A stretch of DNA of 63,952 nucleotides, filler included, from Stramenopiles sp. TOSAG23-3 (GCA_900128585.1; 3 parts of 3 records of this genome joined end to end with filler, not necessarily neighbours in it); one strand, 5' to 3'; positions 11,206 through 22,037 are shown, counted from the first letter of the whole stretch. The notes: generated by a model not told the origin, from the letters alone. A program made the numbers and translations.

Positions 11206-11544
11206 ATGCCATCCGTTTGCCCAGGGGTCAATTTCGACAACATAGCGAGAGAGTGGCGATGCAAGTATTCTCCAGATAACGACAAGAAAGCCTTGCAGGA
11301 GGCACAGAAATTATTCGAAACCTATGTGGAGAAGTTGAAGGCCTTGGATGGTTTCGTATCTCTGCAACGGGTAGTTTGCGGCGGTTGTTTTGACTTTAAA
11401 ATCATAACTAAACTGAACGCGGCAGGCTTTGGTGGCTGGGAGGAAAGTTCGTTCACCGTCGAAAAGGAGTTTCTGGCTGCGCTGGAAAAGATCGAAGGCA
11501 TCTCCAACGTTGAAACCCAAACGTTCACCCTCGAAAGCTTTTGA
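11206..11544 (+). CDS. Conserved hypothetical 112-aa protist protein with CGGC motif
   Basis: Clean ORF with globular-looking composition; FDNIAREWRCK and QRVVCGGCFDFKII recall an uncharacterised family of microbial eukaryotes (from memory). Start ATG 11206. Confidence 0.75.
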   Translation: MPSVCPGVNFDNIAREWRCKYSPDNDKKALQEAQKLFETYVEKLKALDGFVSLQRVVCGGCFDFKIITKLNAAGFGGWEESSFTVEKEFLAALEKIEGISNVETQTFTLESF

Positions 11545-11814
11545 GTTACCAGTCTTGCTAATGTAGTTTTGCAACCAAAAGAACAACGAAGCGAAGACTA
11601 TCTTCACGAACGGTTCCACAGAGGTTTCCAACTAATTTCTTTTTTATGAGAGGAGAAACTTTTCCATGCCAGGTTTGTTCACAATTAAAACTAATTTTAA
11701 ACAAAAATCTTACGTGTAATCTAAACGGAGGAAAGGGTAGTTCTGAGAATAATAAATTAGGTAGGGGCTCTAAATTTTATTAACGTTCGTAAACTGCGGC
11801 AAAACTATCTTCTC

Positions 11815-14175
11815 TCAAAAGTCCTTGTCCCACCCAGATTTGTCTTCAAACCTTGTTCCAACGTATGGTTGAATATCATCGTCGTCATCGTACGGGTCGA
11901 AGTTGGTGTGGTCATCTTCCCCCTTGAGCGGAGGCTTCCACGGCGCTACGTAGTCCTTCGTGAGGAGGGCAGCGAATTGGAAGGGCGACTTTGGAATCAT
12001 GTTCTCCATGTCTCTCTTGAGCTGCTCGGCGCCTTCTTTCATGCAACCCCCGCGCTTCCTTTCGTCTTTCTGCAGCATGAGGCTGATGAGCTTTCCGATC
12101 TTGCTGCTTTCCGCCTTGTCCCCCCGTCCTGGGTTGACAAATTTCCCTTTGACAATGTTTCGTAGGATTTGCTGGTGTTGGTTGGGGTCCTGGTCTGGTC
12201 CGCAGAACGGCGAGTAGAGGAAGAGCATTTCAAACATTAGGACGCCAAGGGCCCAGTAGTCGACGCCCTTCGAGTGCCCTTTGCTGGTCACGAGCTCTGG
12301 AGAGAGGTACTCGGGCGTGCCACAGAGGGTGTACGATCGCCCCATGATGACTTTTGCAAACCCAAAGTCGATGATCTTCCCATACCCGTCGCTGTCGATA
12401 AGAAGGTTCTCTGGCTTCAGGTCTCGGAAGCAGATGTGCTTTTCGTGCAAGAAGGCAAGCCCGTCGAGGACGCAGGCGCCGTAGAACCTAGTGTCCTTCA
12501 CCGTCAGCCCTTTGGTGCGGTTGCGGCAGTGCAAGAAGGTGAACAGCTCGCCCCCCATGCACTTCTCTAGAAGCATGTACACGCAAGAGTTGTCTTGGTA
12601 GGTGTTCACCAGTTTCAGGATGAAGGGGTGGTCGGCTTGGACCATGATGTCCCGCTCGTTCTGCACGTTCTTTTGCTGCCTAAACTCGACGATTTTGGCC
12701 TTTTGCATGCGCTTGAGCGCGAAGGTTTCGCCGGAGGCCTTGTCTTTGACCAACGCCACCCGACCAAATGTCCCCGCCCCCAGCATCGCGATCTCTTTCA
12801 AGTCGCCAAACTTGATCAACTTCCCTCGCTCCCTTTCATTTTTGGCCTTCTCCCTCCGTTTCTTTTCCATCTCCAGCACTTGCTTGTACGGCCCACCGAT
12901 GTGGCGGACAAACTCTTGCTTGGTCAGGTAGTAGACTTCCGTGCTCTCCATGCACGTCACGGTGGCGCCTCGCTTTCCGGTGCTGCCATCTTCCAGGGCG
13001 CCCTCCCCGAAGGGTTTTCCCGCCTCGAGGACGGCAATGTTCCCCGCGGCCGCAGACGACACTTGAACCTTTCCGTCCCGGATAATGTAAAACTCCGACC
13101 CGACGTCCCCCTCGGTGATGATCGCGTCCCCCTTTCGAAACATCTTTTGGCTAAAGGCTGGGAAAACCTTGGCACGGTGCCTGGTACTCATGCCGTTGAA
13201 GAACTCAATTTCGGCGAGAAACCTGCGCCGAAAGTTAAGCTCCATGACTTCTTGCAAGTTTCCTAAGTGCTTCAGCAAGTCTTTCTTGTCCAGTGTGATG
13301 CACGTTGCGTTCGTCACCGCCGTGGCCGTCGCCGCGCGCGGCTCGTTGGTGATGAGGGCCCGCTCCCCAAAATAGTTCAGTTCGGAGCCCGGGGTGATCC
13401 GCGACGTGTTGTCGCCACCGCCGGCGAGCTCGCTGAACTCGATGGTCCCGGAGGTCAGGAAGTAGAACGTCGTCGCGTTGGGACCCGACTCCCCCTTCTT
13501 GACGATCGTGGTCCCTTTGTCGAAGCTGGCCTCGACGGAGCAGGACGCCAGCTTCAGGAGCAGGTTCTCCGAAAGGTTTTGGAACATGTTGCAGGTTCGT
13601 AGCGCCCGGACGATCCGCTCCCCTTCCTTCTTGTACCCGTGGGTGACTGTGAACTGGAACGTCAGTCGGTCGATTCGCCAGCACGAGCACTTGGTCATGG
13701 CCTTGATGGTTGCGTTTCTTGGCTTTGCCATGTAGAGGGCCACGTCCCCGAACATGCCTTCGCCGCAGTAGTGGAAGACGTCCCTGCCGTTCACAAAGAC
13801 GTGGGCTTCCCCAGACTGCAAGATGTAGGCGTAGTCGGCTTTCGTGTCGCCCTGGCGAATGATCTCTTGCCCGTTCTTGAACTCGACGTTTTCGAACGCA
13901 TTGACGACCTGCGTCAGCTGTTGCCCTCCTAGCTCCTTCAAAATATCACTCTTCTGCAGCTGGGAGCGAATGTATTCGGTCTGTTTGGGCGTCTTCGGGT
14001 ACGCTTTGTACTGAAAGTCGGGAGGGAGCCCTTGTCCTATAAGCTGCATCCCACGGGTCTTGTCCTTCCTCTCTTTTAACTTTCTTTGGGCCTGCTGCTC
14101 GCCAGACTCGACGCGTTTGATGGAGTCGGAGCGAGTCCCGGCAGCGACCGTGTTGGTGCTTTGTACGCAACCCAT
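11815..14175 (-). CDS. PKG: cGMP-dependent protein kinase (three cNMP-binding domains plus AGC kinase domain)
   Basis: Three phosphate-binding cassettes (FGDVAL..PRNATI, FGERAL..PRAATA, FGEGAL..KRGATV); kinase GAGTFG, FRDLKPEN, DFGFAK, TLCGTPEY; AGC tail NFD..WDKDF. Start MGCVQS at 14175. Confidence 0.93.
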   Translation of the reverse strand: MGCVQSTNTVAAGTRSDSIKRVESGEQQAQRKLKERKDKTRGMQLIGQGLPPDFQYKAYPKTPKQTEYIRSQLQKSDILKELGGQQLTQVVNAFENVEFKNGQEIIRQGDTKADYAYILQSGEAHVFVNGRDVFHYCGEGMFGDVALYMAKPRNATIKAMTKCSCWRIDRLTFQFTVTHGYKKEGERIVRALRTCNMFQNLSENLLLKLASCSVEASFDKGTTIVKKGESGPNATTFYFLTSGTIEFSELAGGGDNTSRITPGSELNYFGERALITNEPRAATATAVTNATCITLDKKDLLKHLGNLQEVMELNFRRRFLAEIEFFNGMSTRHRAKVFPAFSQKMFRKGDAIITEGDVGSEFYIIRDGKVQVSSAAAGNIAVLEAGKPFGEGALEDGSTGKRGATVTCMESTEVYYLTKQEFVRHIGGPYKQVLEMEKKRREKAKNERERGKLIKFGDLKEIAMLGAGTFGRVALVKDKASGETFALKRMQKAKIVEFRQQKNVQNERDIMVQADHPFILKLVNTYQDNSCVYMLLEKCMGGELFTFLHCRNRTKGLTVKDTRFYGACVLDGLAFLHEKHICFRDLKPENLLIDSDGYGKIIDFGFAKVIMGRSYTLCGTPEYLSPELVTSKGHSKGVDYWALGVLMFEMLFLYSPFCGPDQDPNQHQQILRNIVKGKFVNPGRGDKAESSKIGKLISLMLQKDERKRGGCMKEGAEQLKRDMENMIPKSPFQFAALLTKDYVAPWKPPLKGEDDHTNFDPYDDDDDIQPYVGTRFEDKSGWDKDF

Positions 14176-14344
14176 AGTAGTGTAGCGAAAAGAAGCGTCC
14201 GGTGTGTTGCTCACTTTTTTTTATAGTTTTTCTTGTTCGGATTCGGGTTCGTTCGTTCTACTCGGACAGGTCCCGTGCGCGACTATAACCAGAAATAAAT
14301 GAATCGTGGGCGAGTGTAGCGTGTTGCTTGTCGTGTGTGGCAAA

Positions 14345-14395
14345 GGACAACGTTCAGGGACAAGAAGGGGGACAACATTCAGGGACAAGAAGGGG
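14345..14395. repeat. Two-copy 25-bp tandem repeat upstream of PKG
   Basis: ggacaac(g/a)ttcagggacaagaaggg occurs twice. Confidence 0.8.
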
Positions 14396-15057
14396 CGGGG
14401 CAGTGGAAGAACTATCTGCCGGGTTGGTCTCAACCAATAAATCTTCTTCTTCTTCTCTGCTGTGGTTGTCTTTCTTATATTATAATACTATATAAAGACA
14501 GCAGCTTCTTTGTTAAAAAAAAGTAGAAAACATCTTGATCGACGAATTACAGCAACTACAACAATGTTTAATGTGTAAATACGTAGAATATAAATTATAG
14601 ACCAACAACATTATCATTCCAGACAACGGAAAAACAACTTCTTCTCTTTTCTTCGATATTATAAGTACAATATGACAATAAGACGATATGATAGGTAAAA
14701 TTTCCTTCTTTCTTTGTTAGATATTATATATAGGTGCAGCACCATCCAAAAATAAAAAGATCCAAATCGAAATCCAAATCGAAATCCAAAATGTAAAAGT
14801 AATGTAATGTAATGTTGTTGCTCTTCCTCTATTCTTTCATCGATCGGGCAGGTTTCATGTCCCATTATAACTGTAACTATAACTACGTAGACGACTAAGT
14901 AAAAGATTAAAACACCATCCTGGGAATCATCCTGGGATACGATTACGAGTTTGGTATGTATGTTATTAATACTTATTTATCCGAAGGGATATTTATTCTT
15001 CAGTTGTTCGCCACTTCCTTGGTTTTATTTTTGGTTTTGGAACTAACTTGTGCCTTC

Positions 15058-15058
<1 letters not shown>

Positions 15059-15109
<51 letters not shown>

Positions 15110-15477
15110 CGTATTATATCTGATCTCCACATCAACACAACAACTGATTAAACTTTCCTTTTTGTTGTTGGATCAACTACAATACTGTATTAATATTCAT
15201 CTAGAAGAAACAAACACTTCTTCTTTTCACTGGAAGTATAATAGTTGTTATTAGTGTACTGTGAATGCCCACAGATCACAGATCCATCGCAGAGACTTTT
15301 CTTCCAAACAAAAAAGAAAGAAAAGAAAAGAGAAAAGAAAAGAGAAAAGAAACGAAGAAAAGAAGAAACGAAGAAAAGAAACGAAGTAAAGAAAAGAAAA
15401 GAGAAAAGAAAAAAAAAAAAAAAAAGAAAAGAAGAAAAGAAAAGAAGAAAAGAAAAAAGAAAAAAAAAAAAGAAAAT
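15059..15477. repeat. (CT)n microsatellite followed by a purine-rich (GAAAA) tract
   Basis: ctct run at 15059-15110; A/G tract at about 15306-15477. Confidence 0.85.
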
Positions 15478-15930
15478 ATAGTTTCTTCTTCGATTTTTCA
15501 CAAAAATAAAACCCCTATCAAATTAAGTACATAAAATTACTATTCTCTTTAATTTCATGAATTCACCTTACCAATGCTATCCCCTGTAAAATTTGAACAC
15601 AACACTCCTACAGCATTGTGACCATCTCAACTCCCATAATTTCTGTGCTGTGTTTATACTAATCATACCTGTACTATTTTGATGCTATTCTTTTTTTATT
15701 TTGAATTTTCAGTTATTTTTTTTCAAGAAGAATCCCAATTCTTCAATTATGGATCCTTTTTCAAATTGAATTTGATATTTGGAATTGGAATTGGAATAGA
15801 AATTGGGCTCTACGTTTTCATTGTTGTGTTCGCGTTACTTGTTATTTTCAATCTGCAACCTCCAATTGACATTTTAGGATTAATAGTAGTACGTTGTTAA
15901 CTTTTTTGTATAATACCGTAACCATTATAC

Positions 15931-18777
15931 ATGGCGGCGCTGCACGAGAACTACAGCGGCGAGGCGGAGCCCCGTTATATGAAACGAAAGGTGAAGGCAG
16001 GGAAGATTGAAGCCGATTTTGAATTGAGGGCGCTGATTGTGCATTATGAGGTTGAAGCTACGGTTCTTGGGGACCGGGGTGAAGCAATGCAGGTGGAGAA
16101 GAAGGCGCTTACGAAACGTATCCGTTTGAAGACGTTGAACGAGAACACGAACGTGCCGCTTTTGGCGGAGGAAATAGTCGAGTCGTGCACACTAATTCAC
16201 GACTCCAAGCTCCCGCTGGTCGAGGAGTTGTTGTACAAACTCCAGCAGCACTCCATGTCGGAGGCGAACGGGGGGGAGCGGCGTGCCCGGAAGGAGAAGC
16301 GCCGGAAGAGCAAGAAGAGCAGCCGGGACCGCGACCGGGACCGCGACCGGGACCGCGACGGCTCGGGCGGCGGCATGGACAAGGGGCGCGGGGACGCGTC
16401 CGGCCCGCCCCTGGAGACGGCGACCCTGGACAAAATCGACGACTACATGGAGAAGTTGTACGACGACGACATGAAGGAAAAGGTCAAGGGGACGGCGATG
16501 ATCTTGGAGCTGGCGAAGCACGCGGGGAACTTGGAGGCGCTGATCCAGAACGAGTCGCTGATGGGGGCGCTCTCGCGGGTGCTGAAGGAAGACTACAAGC
16601 GGAGCATGGACCTGGTGGTGAACCTGATGTACATCTTTTTCAGTTTTTCCAACTTTTCCCAGCTCCACGGGGCCCTCCTGACCAACCGCATCGGGAACGA
16701 GACGATGCGGGTGATCGAGCTGGAGATCAAGCGTTACGCCCTTCGGATGAAGGAGATGCAGACGATGACGCGGATCGCGGCCCTCCAGGGCCGGGGCGAG
16801 GAGGTCCCGGCGGAGCTGTGGGCGGCCCTGCAGAGCGGGCGGAAGAAGTCGTCCCGGAAGCGCCGGGGCGGGTCGGAGGGAAAGAGCAGCGGGGGGGGCG
16901 AGGACTCCTCCCAGCGGGGCAAGAGCAAGGAGCGGGAGCGCCGGATCGACATCGAGAGGGAGCGCAGCAAGGTCCGCCAGTTCATTAAGAAGCAGGACAA
17001 GCTCCTGTTCGTTTGCTTCCACATCCTCATGAACATTGCGGAGGACGTCCAGATCGAGCGGAAGGTGGTGAAGCGCAAGTGCGTCGAGTTCCTCTCGGCC
17101 GTGCTGGACCGGACGAACGCGGAGCTTTTGATCCTTAGCGTCAACTTTTTGAAGAAGCTCAGCATATTCGAGGAGAACAAGAACCGAATGGTGGAGGCAG
17201 GCGTCGTCCCGAAGCTCGTCAAGTTCATCCCGTGCAGCAACAAGGCGCTCATGCAGTCCGTCTGCCGGCTGTTGCTGAACCTGTCCTTCGACGGGAACCT
17301 CCGGGACCAGATGGTGAAGAGCAGCCTGATCCCGAAGATGGTCGACCTCCTGAAGCACGCCCCCTTCCGCCAGATCTCGCTCAAGATCCTGTACCATCTG
17401 TCGATGGACGACCGGTGCAAGAGCATGTTCACGTACACGGACTCGATCCCGATCACCATGCAGCTCCTCGTCAACTTCCCGAACAGCAAGATTCCGATCG
17501 AGCTCGTCGCGCTCACGATCAACCTGAGCCACAACGCCCGGAACGCGGAGCTGCTGTGCAAGGACGGCGGCCTGAAGAAGCTGTTCCACCGCGTCCTTCG
17601 GTACCGGGACGTGCTGCTGATGAAGGTCCTCCGGAACGTCAGCCAGTACACGTACGACAAGACCTGCGACGCGGACAATGCCTCCTCGAAGGCCCGGGTC
17701 CGCCCGGGGGAGGGGAACAAGGACCGCCGGCGGAAGGACCGGGAGGGGAAGACGGGCGACGCCGGGGACCGCCGCCGGGGCAAGCCCAGCCTCTGGGCCC
17801 CGTACGTGAACGACCTCTTCAAGCTGTGCAAGCAGGCCGCGACGGAGAACGCGGACCTGCTCCTGGAGGCGCTGGGGACTATGGCCAACCTGACGGCGAA
17901 CGACCTGCCCCCGGGCGTCACGTTTGCGGACTTGATCGTCAAGTTCCAGATGGTCGAATTTTTGCAGCGCCAGCTGGTCCCGGGGATGTCCCAGGACGAC
18001 ATCGTGCTGGTGATCATCCAGCTCGTCGGGGCGTTCGCGACCGAGCACGAGGCGGCGCGCGTCCTGGTCGGGTCCCCAATCATCAAGAGCATCAACGACG
18101 TCATGCGGGCGAAGCGTGACGACGACGAGATCGCCCTGCAGACCCTCTGGGCATTCCTCCAGATCGTCTCGTACGACGACACGTACGAGTCGCTGGTCTA
18201 CGACACGAACGCGATCGACACGGTCTGCAGCTGCCTCGGGAACCGCCGGAACAACGAGGTCCGGGCGGTCGCGGACGAGATCCTGGTCATCGTCATGGAC
18301 CGCGACCGCGTGGAGGTGGAGGTGGACATGGACGATTCGGACGATGACGAATTTGGGAGCGAGCGCTCCGACTCGGAGGACGACTCGGGCGACGAGGGAA
18401 AGTCCGGGGAGCGGCGGGGGCGGCAGCCGTCCAAGAAGCGGCGGGCGGTGGTCCGGCGGCTGGGGGAGCTGGGGCGGAAGATCCGCGAGCAGCGGTACAA
18501 GATGCACAACCAGGAGTGGCTTCGGTGGGCGAACGAGAAGGACATGGAGGCGATCGAGGGGGACGAGGGCCAACGCTTCCGGATGTCCCACTCGGACGAC
18601 TCCCACGGGGGGCAGGACAGCGAGGATTTGGACGACAGCGGCCAGTGGAACGTGGGGAGCCTCGGGCGCCACGAGATGGTCCAAATGGTCGGGCTGAGCG
18701 AGGACGAGGAGGACGACTTTCTGGTGGGGGGCGGGTACGGCGCGGGCGGAAAGTTCGAGGACGCTGCGATGTACTGA
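15931..18777 (+). CDS. KIFAP3: Kinesin-associated protein 3 (heterotrimeric kinesin-2 KAP subunit, FLA3)
   Basis: RKVKAGKIE, ALIVHYEVEA, LSRVLKEDYKRS, FFSFSNFSQLH, KKQDKLL, FLKKLSIFEENK, LLLNLSFD, LYHLSMDD, LLMKVLRNVSQ, HNQEWL all match the KAP armadillo family. Confidence 0.95.
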   Translation: MAALHENYSGEAEPRYMKRKVKAGKIEADFELRALIVHYEVEATVLGDRGEAMQVEKKALTKRIRLKTLNENTNVPLLAEEIVESCTLIHDSKLPLVEELLYKLQQHSMSEANGGERRARKEKRRKSKKSSRDRDRDRDRDRDGSGGGMDKGRGDASGPPLETATLDKIDDYMEKLYDDDMKEKVKGTAMILELAKHAGNLEALIQNESLMGALSRVLKEDYKRSMDLVVNLMYIFFSFSNFSQLHGALLTNRIGNETMRVIELEIKRYALRMKEMQTMTRIAALQGRGEEVPAELWAALQSGRKKSSRKRRGGSEGKSSGGGEDSSQRGKSKERERRIDIERERSKVRQFIKKQDKLLFVCFHILMNIAEDVQIERKVVKRKCVEFLSAVLDRTNAELLILSVNFLKKLSIFEENKNRMVEAGVVPKLVKFIPCSNKALMQSVCRLLLNLSFDGNLRDQMVKSSLIPKMVDLLKHAPFRQISLKILYHLSMDDRCKSMFTYTDSIPITMQLLVNFPNSKIPIELVALTINLSHNARNAELLCKDGGLKKLFHRVLRYRDVLLMKVLRNVSQYTYDKTCDADNASSKARVRPGEGNKDRRRKDREGKTGDAGDRRRGKPSLWAPYVNDLFKLCKQAATENADLLLEALGTMANLTANDLPPGVTFADLIVKFQMVEFLQRQLVPGMSQDDIVLVIIQLVGAFATEHEAARVLVGSPIIKSINDVMRAKRDDDEIALQTLWAFLQIVSYDDTYESLVYDTNAIDTVCSCLGNRRNNEVRAVADEILVIVMDRDRVEVEVDMDDSDDDEFGSERSDSEDDSGDEGKSGERRGRQPSKKRRAVVRRLGELGRKIREQRYKMHNQEWLRWANEKDMEAIEGDEGQRFRMSHSDDSHGGQDSEDLDDSGQWNVGSLGRHEMVQMVGLSEDEEDDFLVGGGYGAGGKFEDAAMY

Positions 18778-19288
18778 GTACTGGGTGCACGATAAAGGGA
18801 ATATTTTATGATATTTTATTTTGAGTTTAGTAAATAAAACGAAAATAAGTACAAGCGAAGGGCACAGGCATTTTTGTTGTAAGATGGGGTGGATGACACG
18901 GGAGCCGGTGCATGGCACCAAATTGAATTCAGTTTAAAACTTCTAAATTATGTTAAACTTACACTGCATGTGGATATAATCGTCGTTAAGTTATTAAGTG
19001 ACGCACTTTGCATTTAAAAAGGTGCCTTGTCTTGAATTAAACGCAAAACAATTTAAATAGTATGTACTTCGTATTAATTTTTGTGACAGAAGCAGGCAGG
19101 CAGGCAGGCAGGGAAAGGCGTCTTTCCCTTCCCTTCGCCCAAATGCCGAGAGGGAAAAGGCAGCAGACGGGTCTGAGAGAACGAGGGTTCCCTCCGCCGC
19201 CAGGCCCGTCCTACGGGGGGGCGTTCCCCCGTTCTCCATCTCTCGTTCTCCCTCCCTTTCCTCCACGCCCCTTCCTCCTTTCAATGAA

Positions 19289-19618
19289 TTACGAACTGCT
19301 GGCCCCAGCTTTGAACACCATGCAGGCCTTGTCACCAAAGTAAAAATATACAAAACACTTGCTCTCGTGCGTGCAGTAGCAACCGAAGTTTTTTCCAATG
19401 ACAACGTGCCACGAGGGCCCCCAGCTTTCGTCGAACTTCCGTTTGACCTTTTCTGCAATTTCCACGCCCTCCTCTTCGAAGTCAGCGCCTTCCAATGCAC
19501 TACCGATTTCTTTGATGCATACTTTCAACATATGGTCTGGCATATCACAAGGCATACGAACCTTTGCCCCCCACATAATCTGCCAATCGTCTGAACTCTC
19601 ATCGTTTTCACCCGACAT
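19289..19618 (-). CDS. Dynein light chain, LC8 family (axonemal-type paralog)
   Basis: DM, IAEKVKRKFDESWGPSWHVVIGKNFGCYCTHESKCFVYFY..FKAG. Confidence 0.9.
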   Translation of the reverse strand: MSGENDESSDDWQIMWGAKVRMPCDMPDHMLKVCIKEIGSALEGADFEEEGVEIAEKVKRKFDESWGPSWHVVIGKNFGCYCTHESKCFVYFYFGDKACMVFKAGASSS

Positions 19619-19780
19619 TATAATAGTAATAAATCAACAAAAGAAAGAGGTAGAGAAATACGCAATATACTTTCAGATCGTTTGGGAATAAATCAAACGA
19701 ACGGTGTAAAAACAAAAACAAACACGCCAAGATGATGTCCCAACTGTAAAATAGAGTACAATTCTACTACAGTATAATTG

Positions 19781-19878
19781 CTTCTTTCATTCTTTCTTTC
19801 TTTCATTCATTCATTCATTCATTCTTTCTTTCTTTCTTTCTTTCTTTCTATCTTTCTTTCTTCTCTTTTTTTTTCTTT
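19781..19878. repeat. (TTCA)n/(TTTC)n microsatellite
   Basis: Visible tandem units. Confidence 0.85.
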
Positions 19879-20700
19879 GATTTTTGAGGAAGGAAGAAAG
19901 AAGCAAAGTTCTTTCATTTCTTCCAAAAATGTTCATTTTCTTCTTCTTAAATTTCAGGAATTTATTTATTCTACTCATAAGAAATACAATGATACTGAAT
20001 GTATTATTATATTAATGCAATGAATTAATAGGCAATACACTACGAATAATAAAACAATTATATGTATCAAAACTAATAACGTATTACTATGAGAAAAAAG
20101 TTCAGATAAAAAGTTCTTTTATATTAAAATATAATATTCCTTATTTATCAAACGAGAACTCCAACTCAAACGGATTTCTATGCTATGTTCCTCCTAATAA
20201 TACAGTAAGATAAGAATAGCATAAGCATTGTATCAATTTCATTGATCCCCTGTGCTATGTTTATATTACTAATATATCAACATAGCTGTAGTAAAGGATT
20301 CGTTCCAATACCGTTTTATTTCTTTGGTATGATCCTTCTACAAATATAATAATATAGGTATACCAAAGGATTCTTTAGGCAAAGGTTAAATTTGAATCAA
20401 TTTAACAGGCACATAGCATTGAAACAAACGTTCAACGTAAATTATAATTTGAATATTACAAAGGACAGCGTTGAAATTATAATTACATACACAGAGTATA
20501 CACTATAATAATTAAGGATTTAAAAAACAAAATGACACTGGAATATCTTCGCGCATTTGTTTTCTTAATAACTAAACATAAACAGTAGGATAACTATGGG
20601 AATTTAAAATTTAAATAAAGAAGAAGGTATATTGAATATTGAATATTGATGTAGGAGATGGTATTTGATAAAGATTACATAGATACAGCATTAATAACCG

Positions 20701-21024
20701 TTTCTTCTTTCTTCTTCTTTTTCTTCTTCCTTTTCTTCTTCCTTTTTTTTCCTTTTCTTCTTCTTCTTCTTTTTCTTCTTCCTTTTCTTCTTCCTTTTCT
20801 TCTTCCTTTTTCTTTCTTTCTTTCTTCTTCTTCTTCTTCTTCTTCTTCTCTTCTTTCTTCTTTCTTTCTTTCTTTCTTTTTCCTTTTCTTCTTCTTTCTT
20901 CTTCTTCTTTCTTCTTTCTTTCTTTCTTTCTTTTTCCTTTTCTTCTTCTTTCTTCTTTCTTTCTTTCTTTTTCCTTTTCTTCTTCTTTCTTCTTCTTCTT
21001 CTTCTTTTAATTCTTCTTCTTCTT
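20701..21024. repeat. Polypyrimidine low-complexity tract with internally duplicated sub-blocks
   Basis: C/T run; the block tttttccttttcttcttct recurs several times. Confidence 0.9.
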
Positions 21025-21383
21025 GCGCGCCGGCAATAAATATCACAGAAGAAGAAGAAGGAGAAATACAAAATTGAAACTTTAGTCTTTCCCTCTCTTT
21101 TCTTTCTTTTCTCTTTCTTAAGATTTAACCTCTGGCTGATCTACTTCCGTCTCGCTTCGTTTCTTTTTATATTCTAATATTTAAATCATATTGGACGAAT
21201 TGTATAGCCACCACGAAGAGTTGATTGCTTACCGTTTACCGATATCCTCCAACATCCACGAACCGGCCAATTAATTGAACAAACTGAACGCTTAGCTTTC
21301 AATCGTTGTTCGGCCATAACATCAATATACATACAGCAAAGCTTTAACCAGCGCACAACAGACGAACGCTTCTGTTCTTCACC

Positions 21384-21686
21384 ATGGGAAAACCAACAAC
21401 AGCGGACGAAGCACGTGCGTACATTGTAGCGAAAGACCTTCAAGGGTTGTCGGAGAGGCTGATGCGAGCACTGTTGCTTGCACGCCCCGACGACCACAAA
21501 GCGTTTATTGTGTCCTTTTTGCAAACGGGAAACTGCGAGAGTGCGGGCATCAACCGGCAACTCAGCGACGCGTACTCGGAAGAGAAAGGCTTGAAGAGCT
21601 TCTTCAAAGACTTGATATCAGGGCTAGTGAAGGAACGCCCAGAGGACCCGTCCTCCTACATTGTAACTAAACTGCAGGAGGCGTAG
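21384..21686 (+). CDS. 100-aa protein made of two tandem RIIa/Dpy-30-like dimerisation/docking modules
   Basis: AYIVAKDLQGLSERLMRALLLARPDDHKAFIVSFL and AYSEEKGLKSFFKDLISGLVKERPEDPSSYIVTKL both fit Y..L..L..RP.DP..F/Y..L. Confidence 0.8.
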   Translation: MGKPTTADEARAYIVAKDLQGLSERLMRALLLARPDDHKAFIVSFLQTGNCESAGINRQLSDAYSEEKGLKSFFKDLISGLVKERPEDPSSYIVTKLQEA

Positions 21687-21937
21687 GCAAACCACCGCGC
21701 GTGGACGGATTCCACGCACGGGCGCGCACCACAGAGTTCGTAAAAAAGAATTAAGTAAACACACATTGCATATACATTACTTGGATCATCCATGAACAGG
21801 TTTATAAATTCAATACTACTTACGTATCATCTGAGGTGTATTTTTAAAGAACAAATTTTAAAGAAATCGTAAAAGAACTCTCACATTTCAAAATGGTTTT
21901 TAGGCTCTCCTCTCCTTTCTCCCCTTTACCCACCCTC

Positions 21938-22037
21938 NNNNNNNNNNNNNNNNNNNNNNNNNNNNNNNNNNNNNNNNNNNNTTAATTAATTAANNNNNNN
22001 NNNNNNNNNNNNNNNNNNNNNNNNNNNNNNNNNNNNN
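21938..22037. other. Artificial contig linker (N44-TTAATTAATTAA-N44)
   Basis: Exactly 100 nt with a central 12-mer containing TAA stops on both strands; identical to the second linker. Confidence 0.97.

Noticed and set aside
16324-16359. 12-bp tandem repeat inside KAP3
   Set aside because: Encodes an ordinary (RD)n low-complexity insertion.
16192-18921. 909-aa antisense ORF over KAP3, and similar long antisense or alternate-frame ORFs over NOB1, the 5746 gene and PKG
   Set aside because: Shadow ORFs caused by extreme GC3 bias on the coding strand; no recognisable domains.
21982-21993. TTAATTAATTAA inside N runs as a biological site (for example piggyBac TTAA)
   Set aside because: Symmetric padding and identical recurrence show an artificial linker.
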